Counted from the stretch's first letter, positions 21,170 to 30,628 are shown. The stretch is DNA of 64,000 nt from Candidatus Bathyarchaeia archaeon (GCA_050013255.1 JBEKFP010000002.1:448001-512000); one strand, 5' to 3'. Numbers and translations are program-made. Notes: generated from the letters alone by a model not told the origin.

Positions 21170-21632
21170 CAATTGCCTTTTCGGAGAACTCAAGATCTTC
21201 AAACCTCAACCTGACGCCGCAGTCCCTCGACGCTGACCAGCGATAGTAGTATGTACAGTCGTCAGACTGGACATTCGGACCCGCCTGAGGGGCATGAAAA
21301 GATCGGGCATGTGAGCAGTATGTGAGGGAATCGAATCGACGTTCTTGTCCTTGACTAGTCTTCTTACAAACTTGAGACAGGCGTATAAAGGGGAGCATTG
21401 TAAAAGAAAGTGTCTGAAGCCGGGCTAATCAAATCAACATGAATATCGTCCGGGAAAAAGTCAGCGAAATCGTAGTCAGCTGTTCTTGCGTTCTCTTGCC
21501 TATCCTTTCTCTTGATGGAGCAAGCACGAGAACCTCCACACTTCGCGGAAGGTGTCGAATCAATTCCACAATATAGGTTCCAACGCCCCCCCAAACTGGG
21601 AGAAATTCGGGTGCAAGCATACAGAGTTTCAT
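21170..21632 (-). pseudogene. Frameshifted, truncated GT4 glycosyltransferase
   Basis: MKLCMLAPEFLPVWGGVGTY, then shifted frames DYDFADFFPDDIHV, SHTAHMPDL..TTVHTTIAGQ, FEDLEFSEKA. Confidence 0.8.
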
Positions 21633-21829
21633 AAATTGAAATCAGCACACGACTCGACGGTGCGTGAGATTGAGACTAGAAGCGTCAGGGGGTCATGTTC
21701 TAGGTGTGGAAGCCACATTTGTGGAATGGAAGCAATCTAAGCCCTCTAAGCGTCCAGACTGCTCAAGTTTTCTGTACGGAACGGCCATAAACCCTATAGC
21801 GTAAATCGTAAGGGTTGATGTGAGGAAAT

Positions 21830-22798
21830 TTGCTCGAAACGGAGCCTCCAATAAATCGTCCAGCAAGAGACCGTGTAATCTCGAGATTACTTTCATCAAG
21901 ACCGGTTGCGAAGGACGACGTTACCGTGGTAGTGCCCGTTCTCAACGAGGAAAAGGCCATAGGAATGGTCCTAGATGAATTGACCAGTAGTGGATACCCG
22001 CACATTTTAGTCGTCGACGGATATTCAAAAGACAACACCGTTCAGATAGCGAAAAGCAAAGGCGTGAATGTCGTTCAACAACACGGGATGGGTAAGACAG
22101 GGGCTATCAAGACTGCGATAGATCTCGTCCCAACACCTTACATGCTAGCAATGGACGGCGATTATACATACGCCGCCTCCGACATCCAAAAATTCCTTGA
22201 CCATGCCCATAACTACGACGAAATAGTGGGCGTCCGTGGAAGAGAAAACATTAGTCGACTTCACAGAATAGGAAACCGCATTATTTCGAAATCTTTCAAT
22301 CTGATGTTTGATACCGCACTATCCGACGTTTGCTCGGGCATGTATTTGTTAAGAACCGAGTCTGCAAAAGAGCTTGACTTGCATAGCGGCGGCTTTAACG
22401 TGGACGTGGAAATTATTGCTCAGACAGCGTTGCGTGGGGAGGTTACAGAGGTACCGATAGAATATCGCGCTAGATTGGGGGAACCGAAGTTATCAACTTG
22501 GAGGAACGGTATTCAAATCATCTATTCGGTCCTGATCTGGACTAGGATTTATAACCCGGTCTTCATTTTTTCGGTGATTGCTGCCTTCGCATTCGTACCC
22601 GGTCTGACGATTTTGATTTGGGCGGGGTTGACGTGGTTGCTGCGAGGGGTGTTCCATAGTGGTTGGGCTCTGCTTGCAGCGGTTCTGTTGTTCGGCGCCG
22701 GCCAAGCCCTCACGGTTGGATCGCTCTCACTCCTCATCAAACGTGCGGAAGCCAGAATCACAAAACGGCTTAAACAGGCCGGGTCGTTCCGTTATTGA
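21830..22798 (+). CDS. GT2, dolichol-phosphate glycosyltransferase-like
   Basis: VPVLNEE, VVDGYSKD, MDGDYTY, DVCSGMY, EVPIEY..R.G..KL, two C-terminal TM helices. Confidence 0.9.
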   Translation: MLETEPPINRPARDRVISRLLSSRPVAKDDVTVVVPVLNEEKAIGMVLDELTSSGYPHILVVDGYSKDNTVQIAKSKGVNVVQQHGMGKTGAIKTAIDLVPTPYMLAMDGDYTYAASDIQKFLDHAHNYDEIVGVRGRENISRLHRIGNRIISKSFNLMFDTALSDVCSGMYLLRTESAKELDLHSGGFNVDVEIIAQTALRGEVTEVPIEYRARLGEPKLSTWRNGIQIIYSVLIWTRIYNPVFIFSVIAAFAFVPGLTILIWAGLTWLLRGVFHSGWALLAAVLLFGAGQALTVGSLSLLIKRAEARITKRLKQAGSFRY

Positions 22799-22994
22799 AC
22801 TAAACAACCACATGGTAAAACGACCTATCAAATCGGGGAACTTCGCCACGATGGTACCTTCGCTTCTGTAGTTCTACCTAGGCATAATCATGTCGATCAG
22901 AGAAAGACCTAGCGCGCTTTGTTCTCAACACTTAAGTCGTAGTCGACGTTTGTCTTCGCGTCTTGAGTTAGCTGAAGCATTTCTTCTTGATATT

Positions 22995-24002
22995 TTATTT
23001 TATTATTTCATTTAATATTTCTTGATATTTCAGGTTTGCAACGGTAGTTAACTTCCTCTCCGAAACTGATCTGCTGATGGCTTCGAGAGTTTCGAGGGTT
23101 CGAGGTCCCGTAAGGTCGATGGCGCAGTCTCCGCGTACGACCCGGTCTGCAAAGTTCTCGATTTGAGACATCATGGCGTTGCTGGGAGTGAGTGGAATCT
23201 GGAAGCTCGCATCTCTTGAGTGCTGGACTAGCAGTTGGCGCAGGCAGTCGACTTTCAAAGATCCCTCGGAACCTACGATTGTGACTTCCCTAACGTTGCG
23301 TGGATGTAGCCAACTGAGTTCGATGTGAGCAAAGATGTTGTCGCGATATTCAGCTAAAATGTAGGCGACATCGTTGTGTGCGCTGGAGTTTCTGTAAGCT
23401 CTTCCAACACCGCTCACGTCCTTGGGCCATGCGCCGAGAAGTAGATTGAGAATATCGAGTGGGTCCTGCCCTAGGTCGAAAGTTACATCCTCGTCCGGAA
23501 ACGAATTTTGGTCTGTCCAATGGACTTTGACGTAGTAGAGTTTCCCCAGCTCTCCGCCGTTAAGCATTTCATTTGCAACCTGCAGCGCCCTGTTAAATCT
23601 AATAGGGTGGCTGATTTCAATCAACAGGCCCCTTTCTTTTGCAAGGTCCACTAGATGATAGGATTCATGTGAGCTTAATGTCATTGGCTTCTCTACTAGA
23701 ACATTCTTGCCCGCCCCTAGCGCCATCTCCGCCAGCTCATAGTGCGATTCGGTCGGTGTAGCTATATGGACAATTGCGATGTCAGGGCTGTCCAGTATAT
23801 CATGAACGTCTTGTGTCAGCATCTCCTGCTTAATGGAAGACGTTTCTTTGGTTATGAGCAAGGCTCCTAATGCTGCGATAGAGCCATCGCATATCTTGAG
23901 TAGACTGACCTTTCCTCTTTGCTGAGCAGCAAGGTATTCAGCTGCAAGTTCCCTTCCCAATTGACCTGCTCCGACGATTGCTGCGCCAATTGGGTCACTC
24001 AA
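22995..24002 (-). CDS. Gfo/Idh/MocA oxidoreductase
   Basis: GAGQLG, IATPTESH, GKNVLVEKPM. Confidence 0.88.
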   Translation of the reverse strand: MSDPIGAAIVGAGQLGRELAAEYLAAQQRGKVSLLKICDGSIAALGALLITKETSSIKQEMLTQDVHDILDSPDIAIVHIATPTESHYELAEMALGAGKNVLVEKPMTLSSHESYHLVDLAKERGLLIEISHPIRFNRALQVANEMLNGGELGKLYYVKVHWTDQNSFPDEDVTFDLGQDPLDILNLLLGAWPKDVSGVGRAYRNSSAHNDVAYILAEYRDNIFAHIELSWLHPRNVREVTIVGSEGSLKVDCLRQLLVQHSRDASFQIPLTPSNAMMSQIENFADRVVRGDCAIDLTGPRTLETLEAISRSVSERKLTTVANLKYQEILNEIIK

Positions 24003-24344
24003 AGCCTATCACTAATCGAGTCCGGCGAAACAAAATTAGCGGAAGCTGGAGCGAACGTCGCTTCGGTTTCCGCAATCATTATTTTCGCGATTCAAGAAAT
24101 CAGTCGTCAGGATTCCATATAAGGCTTGAGGAACTTCATTCCACCACTCTGAGTGACACGGTCGAACTCCCTGCAACATTCTATCTCTGCAGATACTGCC
24201 TATGAAAGGGTTAAGCAGTTCCTGTGAAATAACGCAGGTACAATCTGTCGTCCCTGAAGTCGGACGTTGACATACCTAGAAGTTATCCAGAGACTCTGGC
24301 TTATGAAATTCGAAACACATACCTGAACGACGCTAGAATCCGAG

Positions 24345-24980
24345 TCAGGTGAATCGCGTCGGATACACCACTAAGCCTACGGCTGCAACTAAGAGAACAA
24401 TCAAACTCAGAACGACTAGTAAGATGGGAGACTGCTGCTTAGGTTCCGTCGTGGTAACAGCCTGCTTTGTTAACTGAGTCGACTCAGGTGATTGTGCTCC
24501 CATAGGACTTTGAGTTGGAATTGGATTTGTGGTGCCTGACGCCTGACTTGAACTTGATGTGCTCGAAGCTGGGGAGACGTAAGTGCCGATCGAGGTATCG
24601 ACGCTCGGGAAGATTCTTCCGTTGTCATCGGCCAGGTCGCCTGCTGTAACGTATATGGTGATGGTTCCGGTGAGAGATGGTGGTGTGAACGTGTAAGTGT
24701 ATGTTCCAGGAGCAGTCTGCTTCAATGTCGAGGTAACGTCCACGCATCCTGTGGTTCCACACACGTTCAGCGTTATATGATTGGAGGCTAGCACGACTGG
24801 TGCTCCATCCGCGTAAAGCACGTTCAAGACACCAGAGTAAAGGCTAGGTGACGCTAGAGCAGGAGCGCCTGTGGTTCCAAGGATTGGCGTGGCTATTGGA
24901 TAGCCTGCGCCGAAGACCGAGACTATCGGCAGGGCTAAAAGTACGAGCACAGCTATGGCGGTTAGCTTCAGAGCCTGCAT
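24345..24980 (-). CDS. Surface protein with Ig-like domain, Ser/Thr linker and C-terminal TM
   Basis: Signal peptide, GTYTYTFTP, SSTSSSS linker, hydrophobic C-terminus. Confidence 0.75.
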   Translation of the reverse strand: MQALKLTAIAVLVLLALPIVSVFGAGYPIATPILGTTGAPALASPSLYSGVLNVLYADGAPVVLASNHITLNVCGTTGCVDVTSTLKQTAPGTYTYTFTPPSLTGTITIYVTAGDLADDNGRIFPSVDTSIGTYVSPASSTSSSSQASGTTNPIPTQSPMGAQSPESTQLTKQAVTTTEPKQQSPILLVVLSLIVLLVAAVGLVVYPTRFT

Positions 24981-25047
24981 TAATATCACGTAACACACCT
25001 CGCTTTTGGTATATATAGCATATGGTGGCTTGATACAGAACAGGGGC

Positions 25048-27033
25048 CTACTGTGCTCCCACTGGCCCGAAAAGGCTGTGCGGGTCCAGTAGTAAGGGGT
25101 AAAGGCTGCGGAAGGCGGCGTTAACCAAGAGAAGGATCAGAATCACCGCAAGAAAGCTTCGTGCCGTCCGATACCTCGGAAACCTGAATTCAACCACTAT
25201 GACCGCAACAACGACGGCTGTTAAGATTGCTAACCTAACAAGTGGGTCATCGAACAGGAACAGGCCAGCGCTGGCCGCAATCAACGCCAAAGAGGTGAGG
25301 TGTGATTTCAGAGGCCATTTCTCTCCTAAGCTATGGATTTGCCACCGCTTCGAAATTTCTAGGCATTTCTCTAAGCCTAAGGCAAGGAGGATTGGGAGCG
25401 GTGAAACGTACAGCATTCGCCAGAGGCCCGTCTCGCTCAACCCGGGGTTGGTGGGGTTGTAATTGGTTGGGGCAACGAGGATTGACCCAATAAACCAAGT
25501 AACGATCCAGGCCACCACATAGTTTCTTGCCCCTCCTTGCCTTCCAGAAAGGCTGTAGACGCCGACTAGGCAGAGGAGGAGGAGGAGGGGCGGAATGAAA
25601 GGGGTCCAATTCACGAATAGCTCCTGCATTGCACCCCCGAACGTCAGCAGGCTACCTGGCTGGAAAAATGGCGAGGCGTACAGGCCGAGAGTATTCATCA
25701 AATCATACCTTAAGTTCGGAAGAACCCCGTAAGCTCCTGCACCCACTGGTAGAGCAATGATGAGCGCTGCCAGTGCTCCATGTACTGGCCGATCCTTCCA
25801 TGGAGTGCGCCAGGAAACGAGGATTGTTATCAGCAGCGTCGTGAAAAAGATTCCCCAAGTCCAAGGATGAATTACCAAAATAGCGAACGAGATCAACCCT
25901 TCGACAACGAATGTTATCACACTCCAAACCCCGCTTCGAAAGTAAAGTGAGAGAAAGAGCATCCATAGCAAGTAGGCAACCCAGTTGGCTTGAATTCCCG
26001 CGTAGATCCCAAGCGTCGTTGGCAACCAAAGCAACGTGCATACTGCTGAAAGGATTGCAAGTTCATGGTTCCACCCTCCCTTAAGGATCGCCAGGAAGAC
26101 CGTTGAGGCTGTTGCGATGGCGAGGATTAGTGGAGCATATTTCACGATTGAGAAAGCACTCATGCGCGTTGCGAGTTCTATGAGGTAAAGGAATCCAACG
26201 TACAATCCGTGTGTGTACGACGTAGCGAACGCCTGGTAAGGTGTGAGGCCGGCCAGAGCGTTGAGCGGGTTCAGGTATATCCAGTAGGAATCGACGCCAA
26301 CAATCCATCCCTGCCCCGCCAGGTACGAGTAGAAGAATGTGATTATGGCTAGAATTGCGAATAGGTCCAACGATGCAGCCAGCAGTCTAATTTTCGGCTT
26401 GGTCTTAGCTGTTGGTTCATATCGAATAACTAGTGGTTTGCGACGAAAACGTATTGTTAGGGCTATCCAGGAGAAGAGAAGCAGAAGCATTAGGCCAATG
26501 GCTAATGGAAAAAGCGAAAAGGTGAGGTTCAGTTCAAGCTCCTGAGATAGCATCCCCACCTGTGCGTGTGGGTTGAGCGCGGCACCGACCCAATAGTACA
26601 GGGGCGACGACTCTATGAGAACGAAAATGCTCAGTGCAGGAACTAAGACATCACCTACTGCAAGTCCGCGCAGCTCAGACTTTGAAACGCTCGAAATGAC
26701 GCCGAAGGCAACGGTCGCGTAGAGAATCACGACCGCATACCTTACGCCAAGAACCGTGAGGGTTAAGGCAGCAGCCCACATTGTGAGAATCCCGAATAAT
26801 CCTGACCGGGACAATTTTGATTTATTGAGTACGAGTGTGCACGGAACGGATACGCTCGATGCAAGGAAGAAGTAGAGGTCGTAGGTGGCTGAAGTTAGAA
26901 TCGTTTGCGTTACGTGCGGGTAGTATAGGTAGAATGGAATTTTAAGTGAATTCAAGAGTACGAGTAGCCCTATCCCCAGGCTCACTCCGCTGATGCAACG
27001 CGATAGCTTCGCAGCGAACTCCATGTCCCGCAT
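25048..27033 (-). CDS. Large polytopic membrane protein, GT-C-like
   Basis: Many TM helices, VGVDSYW loop, HPWTW, WRMLY. Confidence 0.65.
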   Translation of the reverse strand: MRDMEFAAKLSRCISGVSLGIGLLVLLNSLKIPFYLYYPHVTQTILTSATYDLYFFLASSVSVPCTLVLNKSKLSRSGLFGILTMWAAALTLTVLGVRYAVVILYATVAFGVISSVSKSELRGLAVGDVLVPALSIFVLIESSPLYYWVGAALNPHAQVGMLSQELELNLTFSLFPLAIGLMLLLLFSWIALTIRFRRKPLVIRYEPTAKTKPKIRLLAASLDLFAILAIITFFYSYLAGQGWIVGVDSYWIYLNPLNALAGLTPYQAFATSYTHGLYVGFLYLIELATRMSAFSIVKYAPLILAIATASTVFLAILKGGWNHELAILSAVCTLLWLPTTLGIYAGIQANWVAYLLWMLFLSLYFRSGVWSVITFVVEGLISFAILVIHPWTWGIFFTTLLITILVSWRTPWKDRPVHGALAALIIALPVGAGAYGVLPNLRYDLMNTLGLYASPFFQPGSLLTFGGAMQELFVNWTPFIPPLLLLLCLVGVYSLSGRQGGARNYVVAWIVTWFIGSILVAPTNYNPTNPGLSETGLWRMLYVSPLPILLALGLEKCLEISKRWQIHSLGEKWPLKSHLTSLALIAASAGLFLFDDPLVRLAILTAVVVAVIVVEFRFPRYRTARSFLAVILILLLVNAAFRSLYPLLLDPHSLFGPVGAQ

Positions 27034-27064
27034 GTCCCGTTCGTGGGTTTTGTTTGCTTAAAGT

Positions 27065-27277
27065 ATGCTGTTCTCGTGGATCGCATGGCGTTGGAGGCCT
27101 GGGTTTTCCATTCCTGCTGGCTTCGGCTTGACCGCAGGTCTTTTATGCCTGAACCACCATTGTACGTTTTATGGCACATCAGCGTACCCAGATGCTTCTC
27201 GCCCTCATTCATTCATCTCAACAATCCTCATCGTTATCGGCGTGTATCGGAGCATCAACTGGCGACGCGACAGGTAG
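27065..27277 (+). CDS. Small membrane protein, possibly frameshifted
   Basis: Hydrophobic ends; an alternative hydrophobic frame in the middle next to a CATT repeat. Confidence 0.3.
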   Translation: MLFSWIAWRWRPGFSIPAGFGLTAGLLCLNHHCTFYGTSAYPDASRPHSFISTILIVIGVYRSINWRRDR

Positions 27278-27307
27278 AAGTGGCTGAGGGAAATCCCAGG
27301 GCTTTTC

Positions 27308-28084
27308 CTACTTTCTTCGCCTTATAATCATGAGCGCAACCATCGTGCAGATTGTTGCGATCATTCCATAGTAGCTTTGGAATTCAGGCACCGGGGTTTG
27401 TGGTTGTGCTGGGCTGAGGAAGGTTCTGGCGTCAACCCTTTGATTTTGAACGTCGCTTGGAAGTGTGACGAAGGCTGGTGCACTTCCCGAAGCCAGTACG
27501 TGCACCGCGTACAGGTCTAGGGTTGAGAACATTGGCGGGTCCAAGGCCCGGGCTGGAGTGGCCATCGGGTCCATTATATCCGAACTGTCAAGTATGCTTC
27601 CTAAACCGAGAACTCGTCCCAGCTCATGGATAGCCAGCCAAAAGGCGTACTGCCGTGCCGTTAGGTTGCCTGCCTGCGCCGCATTGAAGACGTTCGGGTC
27701 GAGGTATGTTTGAGTCGATTTAACTGACGTTCGCGAACCGGGTTCGAAATTGTAATTTGTCCACCCAACCGCAATTCCCGCATAGGCCTTCGGCATGTCG
27801 TAGCTAACCTTGGCCGTCGCGGACCCGTCATTCGCTTCAACAAACGTGTATGTTGGGCCTGCTGAACTCTGCCATACCTGAGCCAGATTCCACGCAACCG
27901 TCGCGTTCACCACAACATCGTGCGCCCAGGCTGGGGACGTGGGGATTGAGATTTTGATTACAAGGGACGAAAACCTTCCGTTAATAGGAATCGATGGCTG
28001 GGTCGATGCGTGCACGGGAACCGCGAAGATTGTAATGAGTAGGGCGAGGGCAATGATGCAAGCCGAGTACCGTGTCCTAGGCAA
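27308..28084 (-). CDS. Matrixin-like metzincin with degenerate Zn site and PEF-CTERM sorting signal
   Basis: Signal peptide, HELGRVLGLGS, Met-turn DIMDP, VPEF + TM + RRRK. Confidence 0.8.
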   Translation of the reverse strand: MPRTRYSACIIALALLITIFAVPVHASTQPSIPINGRFSSLVIKISIPTSPAWAHDVVVNATVAWNLAQVWQSSAGPTYTFVEANDGSATAKVSYDMPKAYAGIAVGWTNYNFEPGSRTSVKSTQTYLDPNVFNAAQAGNLTARQYAFWLAIHELGRVLGLGSILDSSDIMDPMATPARALDPPMFSTLDLYAVHVLASGSAPAFVTLPSDVQNQRVDARTFLSPAQPQTPVPEFQSYYGMIATICTMVALMIIRRRK

Positions 28085-28233
28085 GTATTATCTAGAGAAT
28101 ATAGGCTAATTTTCTAGAAATCATCGATGTAACTGCACATAGAACAGAGTGGTGACAGTTATAGAACAATTTAAGATATTCCACATCACGCGTAGGGGTC
28201 AGACGCTCATCTAACGGCCGCAAAAGGGCTACG

Positions 28234-28686
28234 TTAGCTTCCTAGAATTCGTCTCAAAGCACCAAGCCGAACCGGTGTTTCCTTTTCTGCAAGTTTCATG
28301 GCCCCCTTGTCAATTTCGAGGGCGAACCATTGCTTTTCGTGGCAGGTTGCGCATTCAACCTCATTGGGGCCGCTTAAGGTTAGGTTTCTGTGCCCGCAGG
28401 CCCGGCAGGCAACTCTCGTAGCTATTCGGACGCGGCCGTTCGGCGTTGGAGATTCTGTGTCGCTAATCGAGCGCAGCGCGCTTACGATTTCAACTGGGGA
28501 GACTGCGCCTGGTTTCCGTCTGATCTCCATGCCAGGGTATTGTCTGACTTCCACGAACTCCCAGCGAACTAGGAAATCGACGGCCCGTTTCAGCGTTCCC
28601 TCATCCAAGCCTGAAGTCTCCTTTAGTGCCTCAGGGGTTTCCCATTCCAGTTCGGGAATCGCTGACCAAACAGTCTCGAGGAACAA
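28234..28686 (-). CDS. wHTH plus Zn-ribbon protein (putative regulator)
   Basis: HTH-like LKETSGLDEGTLKRAVDFL..WEFV; CRAC..CATC. Confidence 0.65.
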   Translation of the reverse strand: MFLETVWSAIPELEWETPEALKETSGLDEGTLKRAVDFLVRWEFVEVRQYPGMEIRRKPGAVSPVEIVSALRSISDTESPTPNGRVRIATRVACRACGHRNLTLSGPNEVECATCHEKQWFALEIDKGAMKLAEKETPVRLGALRRILGS

Positions 28687-28859
28687 TATCTTGCCAACTC
28701 AAACGCGTGTTAACCCGGGAGGGCAGGTAAACCAAGTGTCACCAACGGTCGTCGACCTCAGTCACATACAACGCTATAGAACATTGCACGAAATCTTCTA
28801 TGATGCGATTTGCAACCCAACTCGACTCAAAAGGCCTAAGGGTATGCTCAGTTTTCTAA

Positions 28860-29117
28860 ATGCGCAGATGCGTCTTGGCGCGTACTCGTATGCTGCTCCG
28901 TCCCGTGGCATTGACGATGTTCGTTTTCGGCCTGCTAGTCTGGCTGTACGTTATCACCATACAGATCACGCATCCGGATTGGCTTGCCGAGGAATTTTCT
29001 CACCTCAACCTTCCACCCCTGAACTGGCGGTTAGACGAAGTGGGCATCATAGCCTTCGCAGTCGCCGCGGTCGGCTTCTTCATCTGGCAACTTGAACAAA
29101 ACTCAACTCACAAGTGA
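28860..29117 (+). CDS. Small two-TM membrane protein
   Basis: WLYVITIQITHP motif between two TM helices; start may be ATG 28890. Confidence 0.7.
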   Translation: MRRCVLARTRMLLRPVALTMFVFGLLVWLYVITIQITHPDWLAEEFSHLNLPPLNWRLDEVGIIAFAVAAVGFFIWQLEQNSTHK

Positions 29118-29129
29118 AAATGCCGTTCA

Positions 29130-29157
29130 ACACGAAGTAACATAGTTTGCTGGCCTT
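29130..29157. repeat. Degenerate dif-like site A
   Basis: ACACGAAGTAA CATAGT TTGCTGGCCTT shares AAGTAACATRGTTT with site B. Confidence 0.45.
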
Positions 29158-29461
29158 CTTCTGGACAGTGATATTCCCGGGGTCGAATAGACATATTCAG
29201 TGCAGAGAGAGCGGACATGAGCTTTTTGTTGAGTATCCTAGGCTAATGGTAAGCACGTTGTCTGAACTCGACTAGGAGGACGCTAATTCGTTTCGCTTCC
29301 CAGTCTACTTCATATTCTATGCGAATGTCTCCAATTCGGATTCGATAGAGGTCTTTCAGTCCGCGCAACTTCTTTACGTCGTATTCTGGTACGGGAGCTG
29401 GATTCTGCTTAAGCACCTCGAAGGCAATAACAATCCTCTCAACCTAGTGTTTGGGAATGTG

Positions 29462-29819
29462 GGTTCTGTTAACTTGTCGGCTCATTGCGTTCAGTGACCT
29501 CTCATGCCTAAAGGTGAGAAGTGTGGTAAGCAGTCTCGTCATCAGTTGATGAAAACGGCTCATTAAGCGATATGTGGGTTTCATAACCCGAAAGCTGAGC
29601 GGTTCGATGTTGGGTAATAGGTTGCTTTGACCAAGCGTAAAACCCTGACTAGGCGAAATGGTCTAGCTGGCCTGGTGAATGCTAGGCGAGAGCCGTGAGG
29701 TTCGCGGCCGTCGCGTCTGCAATTGAAGCGATGGTACAGGAATCCGTGACTGACGGTAATCTTGAAAGTCGATGCAGACGAGTTAACTCAAACGCATGTG
29801 CCGAAGAGCTAACAGAACC
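29462..29819. mobile_element. IS6-family-like MITE (358 bp)
   Basis: Terminal IRs GGTTCTGTTAACTTGTCGGCTCAT / ATGTGCCGAAGAGCTAACAGAACC; perfect 8-bp direct repeat GGAATGTG at 29454-29461 and 29820-29827. Confidence 0.88.
29495..29785 (+). ncRNA. Candidate structured RNA inside the MITE
   Basis: At least 8 nested helices, with G-U pairs on the + strand. Confidence 0.5.
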
Positions 29820-29876
29820 GGAATGTGCCTTAGCGACTTTCTTGCACGGTTTGAGATTATCAGCTCAAACTGGGAC

Positions 29877-30080
29877 TTACACGCCTAATTCTTTTCGCAG
29901 TTGAGTGAGCGTTACATAATGGCCCCTCTCAATCTCCCGCCGACTTTTCCTTATTCGCCTTCTTATCGACGGGGTTGGCACCTCTTCGGGCAGGAGTTGG
30001 GCCCGCAGGCGAAGAAGTTCAATTTTCACATCGTCCAATCTCGTAATGACTCTCCGAATCTCCGTTTGCGTGATGGCCAT
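29877..30080 (-). CDS. Antitoxin (RelB-like) of the broken RelE
   Basis: MAITQTE..LLPEEVPT..REIERGHYVTLTQLRKELGV; directly upstream of relE. Confidence 0.85.
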   Translation of the reverse strand: MAITQTEIRRVITRLDDVKIELLRLRAQLLPEEVPTPSIRRRIRKSRREIERGHYVTLTQLRKELGV

Positions 30081-30108
30081 CGGTCTAAGCCCAACATAAC
30101 AGAATACC

Positions 30109-30590
30109 GGTGCGACTAATAATTGCATCTTGGCTCTCGCAAGTTGAAGGACTCAAAGGCAGCAATCATCAAGGCTTTTACGAGTTACAGAAACACGCCG
30201 AGATTGTTGATGACAAGAAACGCAACCTTCAACGCGCACCAAGAATAGTTGCTCAATAACCCGCTAACACGACAGGGCGTCCATTTATGAGGCGTACCTG
30301 ACGTCGGGGGTTTACCACATTGTACGCGGTAAAGGCAGTTACCGCGGCCCCATAAACCCCCAAGGCGGTGAGTGAAACTAACGGAATCAAGGTTAGCTGA
30401 TCAAACGAACCATACAGGAATGACTCGAGGCTCGCAAGAAACCCTAGCCATGAGTCAAATCATTGAACCCTGCTGGGCTCGTCTTACGAGCTAGCCTAAA
30501 GTGAAACCCCCCAGACTAAGGGTCACCGCGCGATTATGCCCCCCTGAGCAGCCCGGGTTCCACAAAGCCAGACCGGAGCAACAACCAGTT
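30109..30590 (+). ncRNA. Candidate large structured non-coding element
   Basis: Nested helices, e.g. GTTGCTC/GAGCAAC, GGGGGTTTA/TAAACCCCC, GCGGTGA/TCACCGC; no credible ORF. Confidence 0.5.
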
Positions 30591-30628
30591 AAGCAGGACC
30601 AGTGTAATATTCTGAGGAGTGTATCTGG

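Larger units (their letters stand above)
29243..29876 (-). pseudogene. RelE/ParE toxin interrupted by a MITE and an in-frame TAG
   Basis: Removing 29462-29827 restores SQFELIISNRARKSLRHIPKH*VERIV..DVKKLRGLKDLYRIRIGDIRIEY..RQRAYH. Confidence 0.9.

Noticed and set aside
28140-28783. TAGAACA repeated three times around the wHTH/Zn-ribbon gene
   Set aside because: Too short to distinguish from chance.
28298-29095. Long antisense or overlapping ORFs in the track (e.g. 28298, 17274, 59179, 33162, 48808)
   Set aside because: Shadows of well-supported genes, with no motifs of their own.
29444-29446. In-frame TAG in relE as pyrrolysine readthrough
   Set aside because: The gene is already disrupted by a MITE, and the position fits a Tyr-to-amber mutation.
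30322-30349. CGCGGTAA-N6-TTACCGCG as a fourth dif-like site
   Set aside because: It shares only the GTAA-N6-TTAC core; arms and spacer differ, and it fits as a hairpin of the structured element.
29495-30600. Group I/II intron, hammerhead, twister or RNase P identity for the structured elements
   Set aside because: Only isolated words match (GTGCG, CAGACTA, TGATGA, AACAGAACC); the complete catalytic cores were not found by eye.
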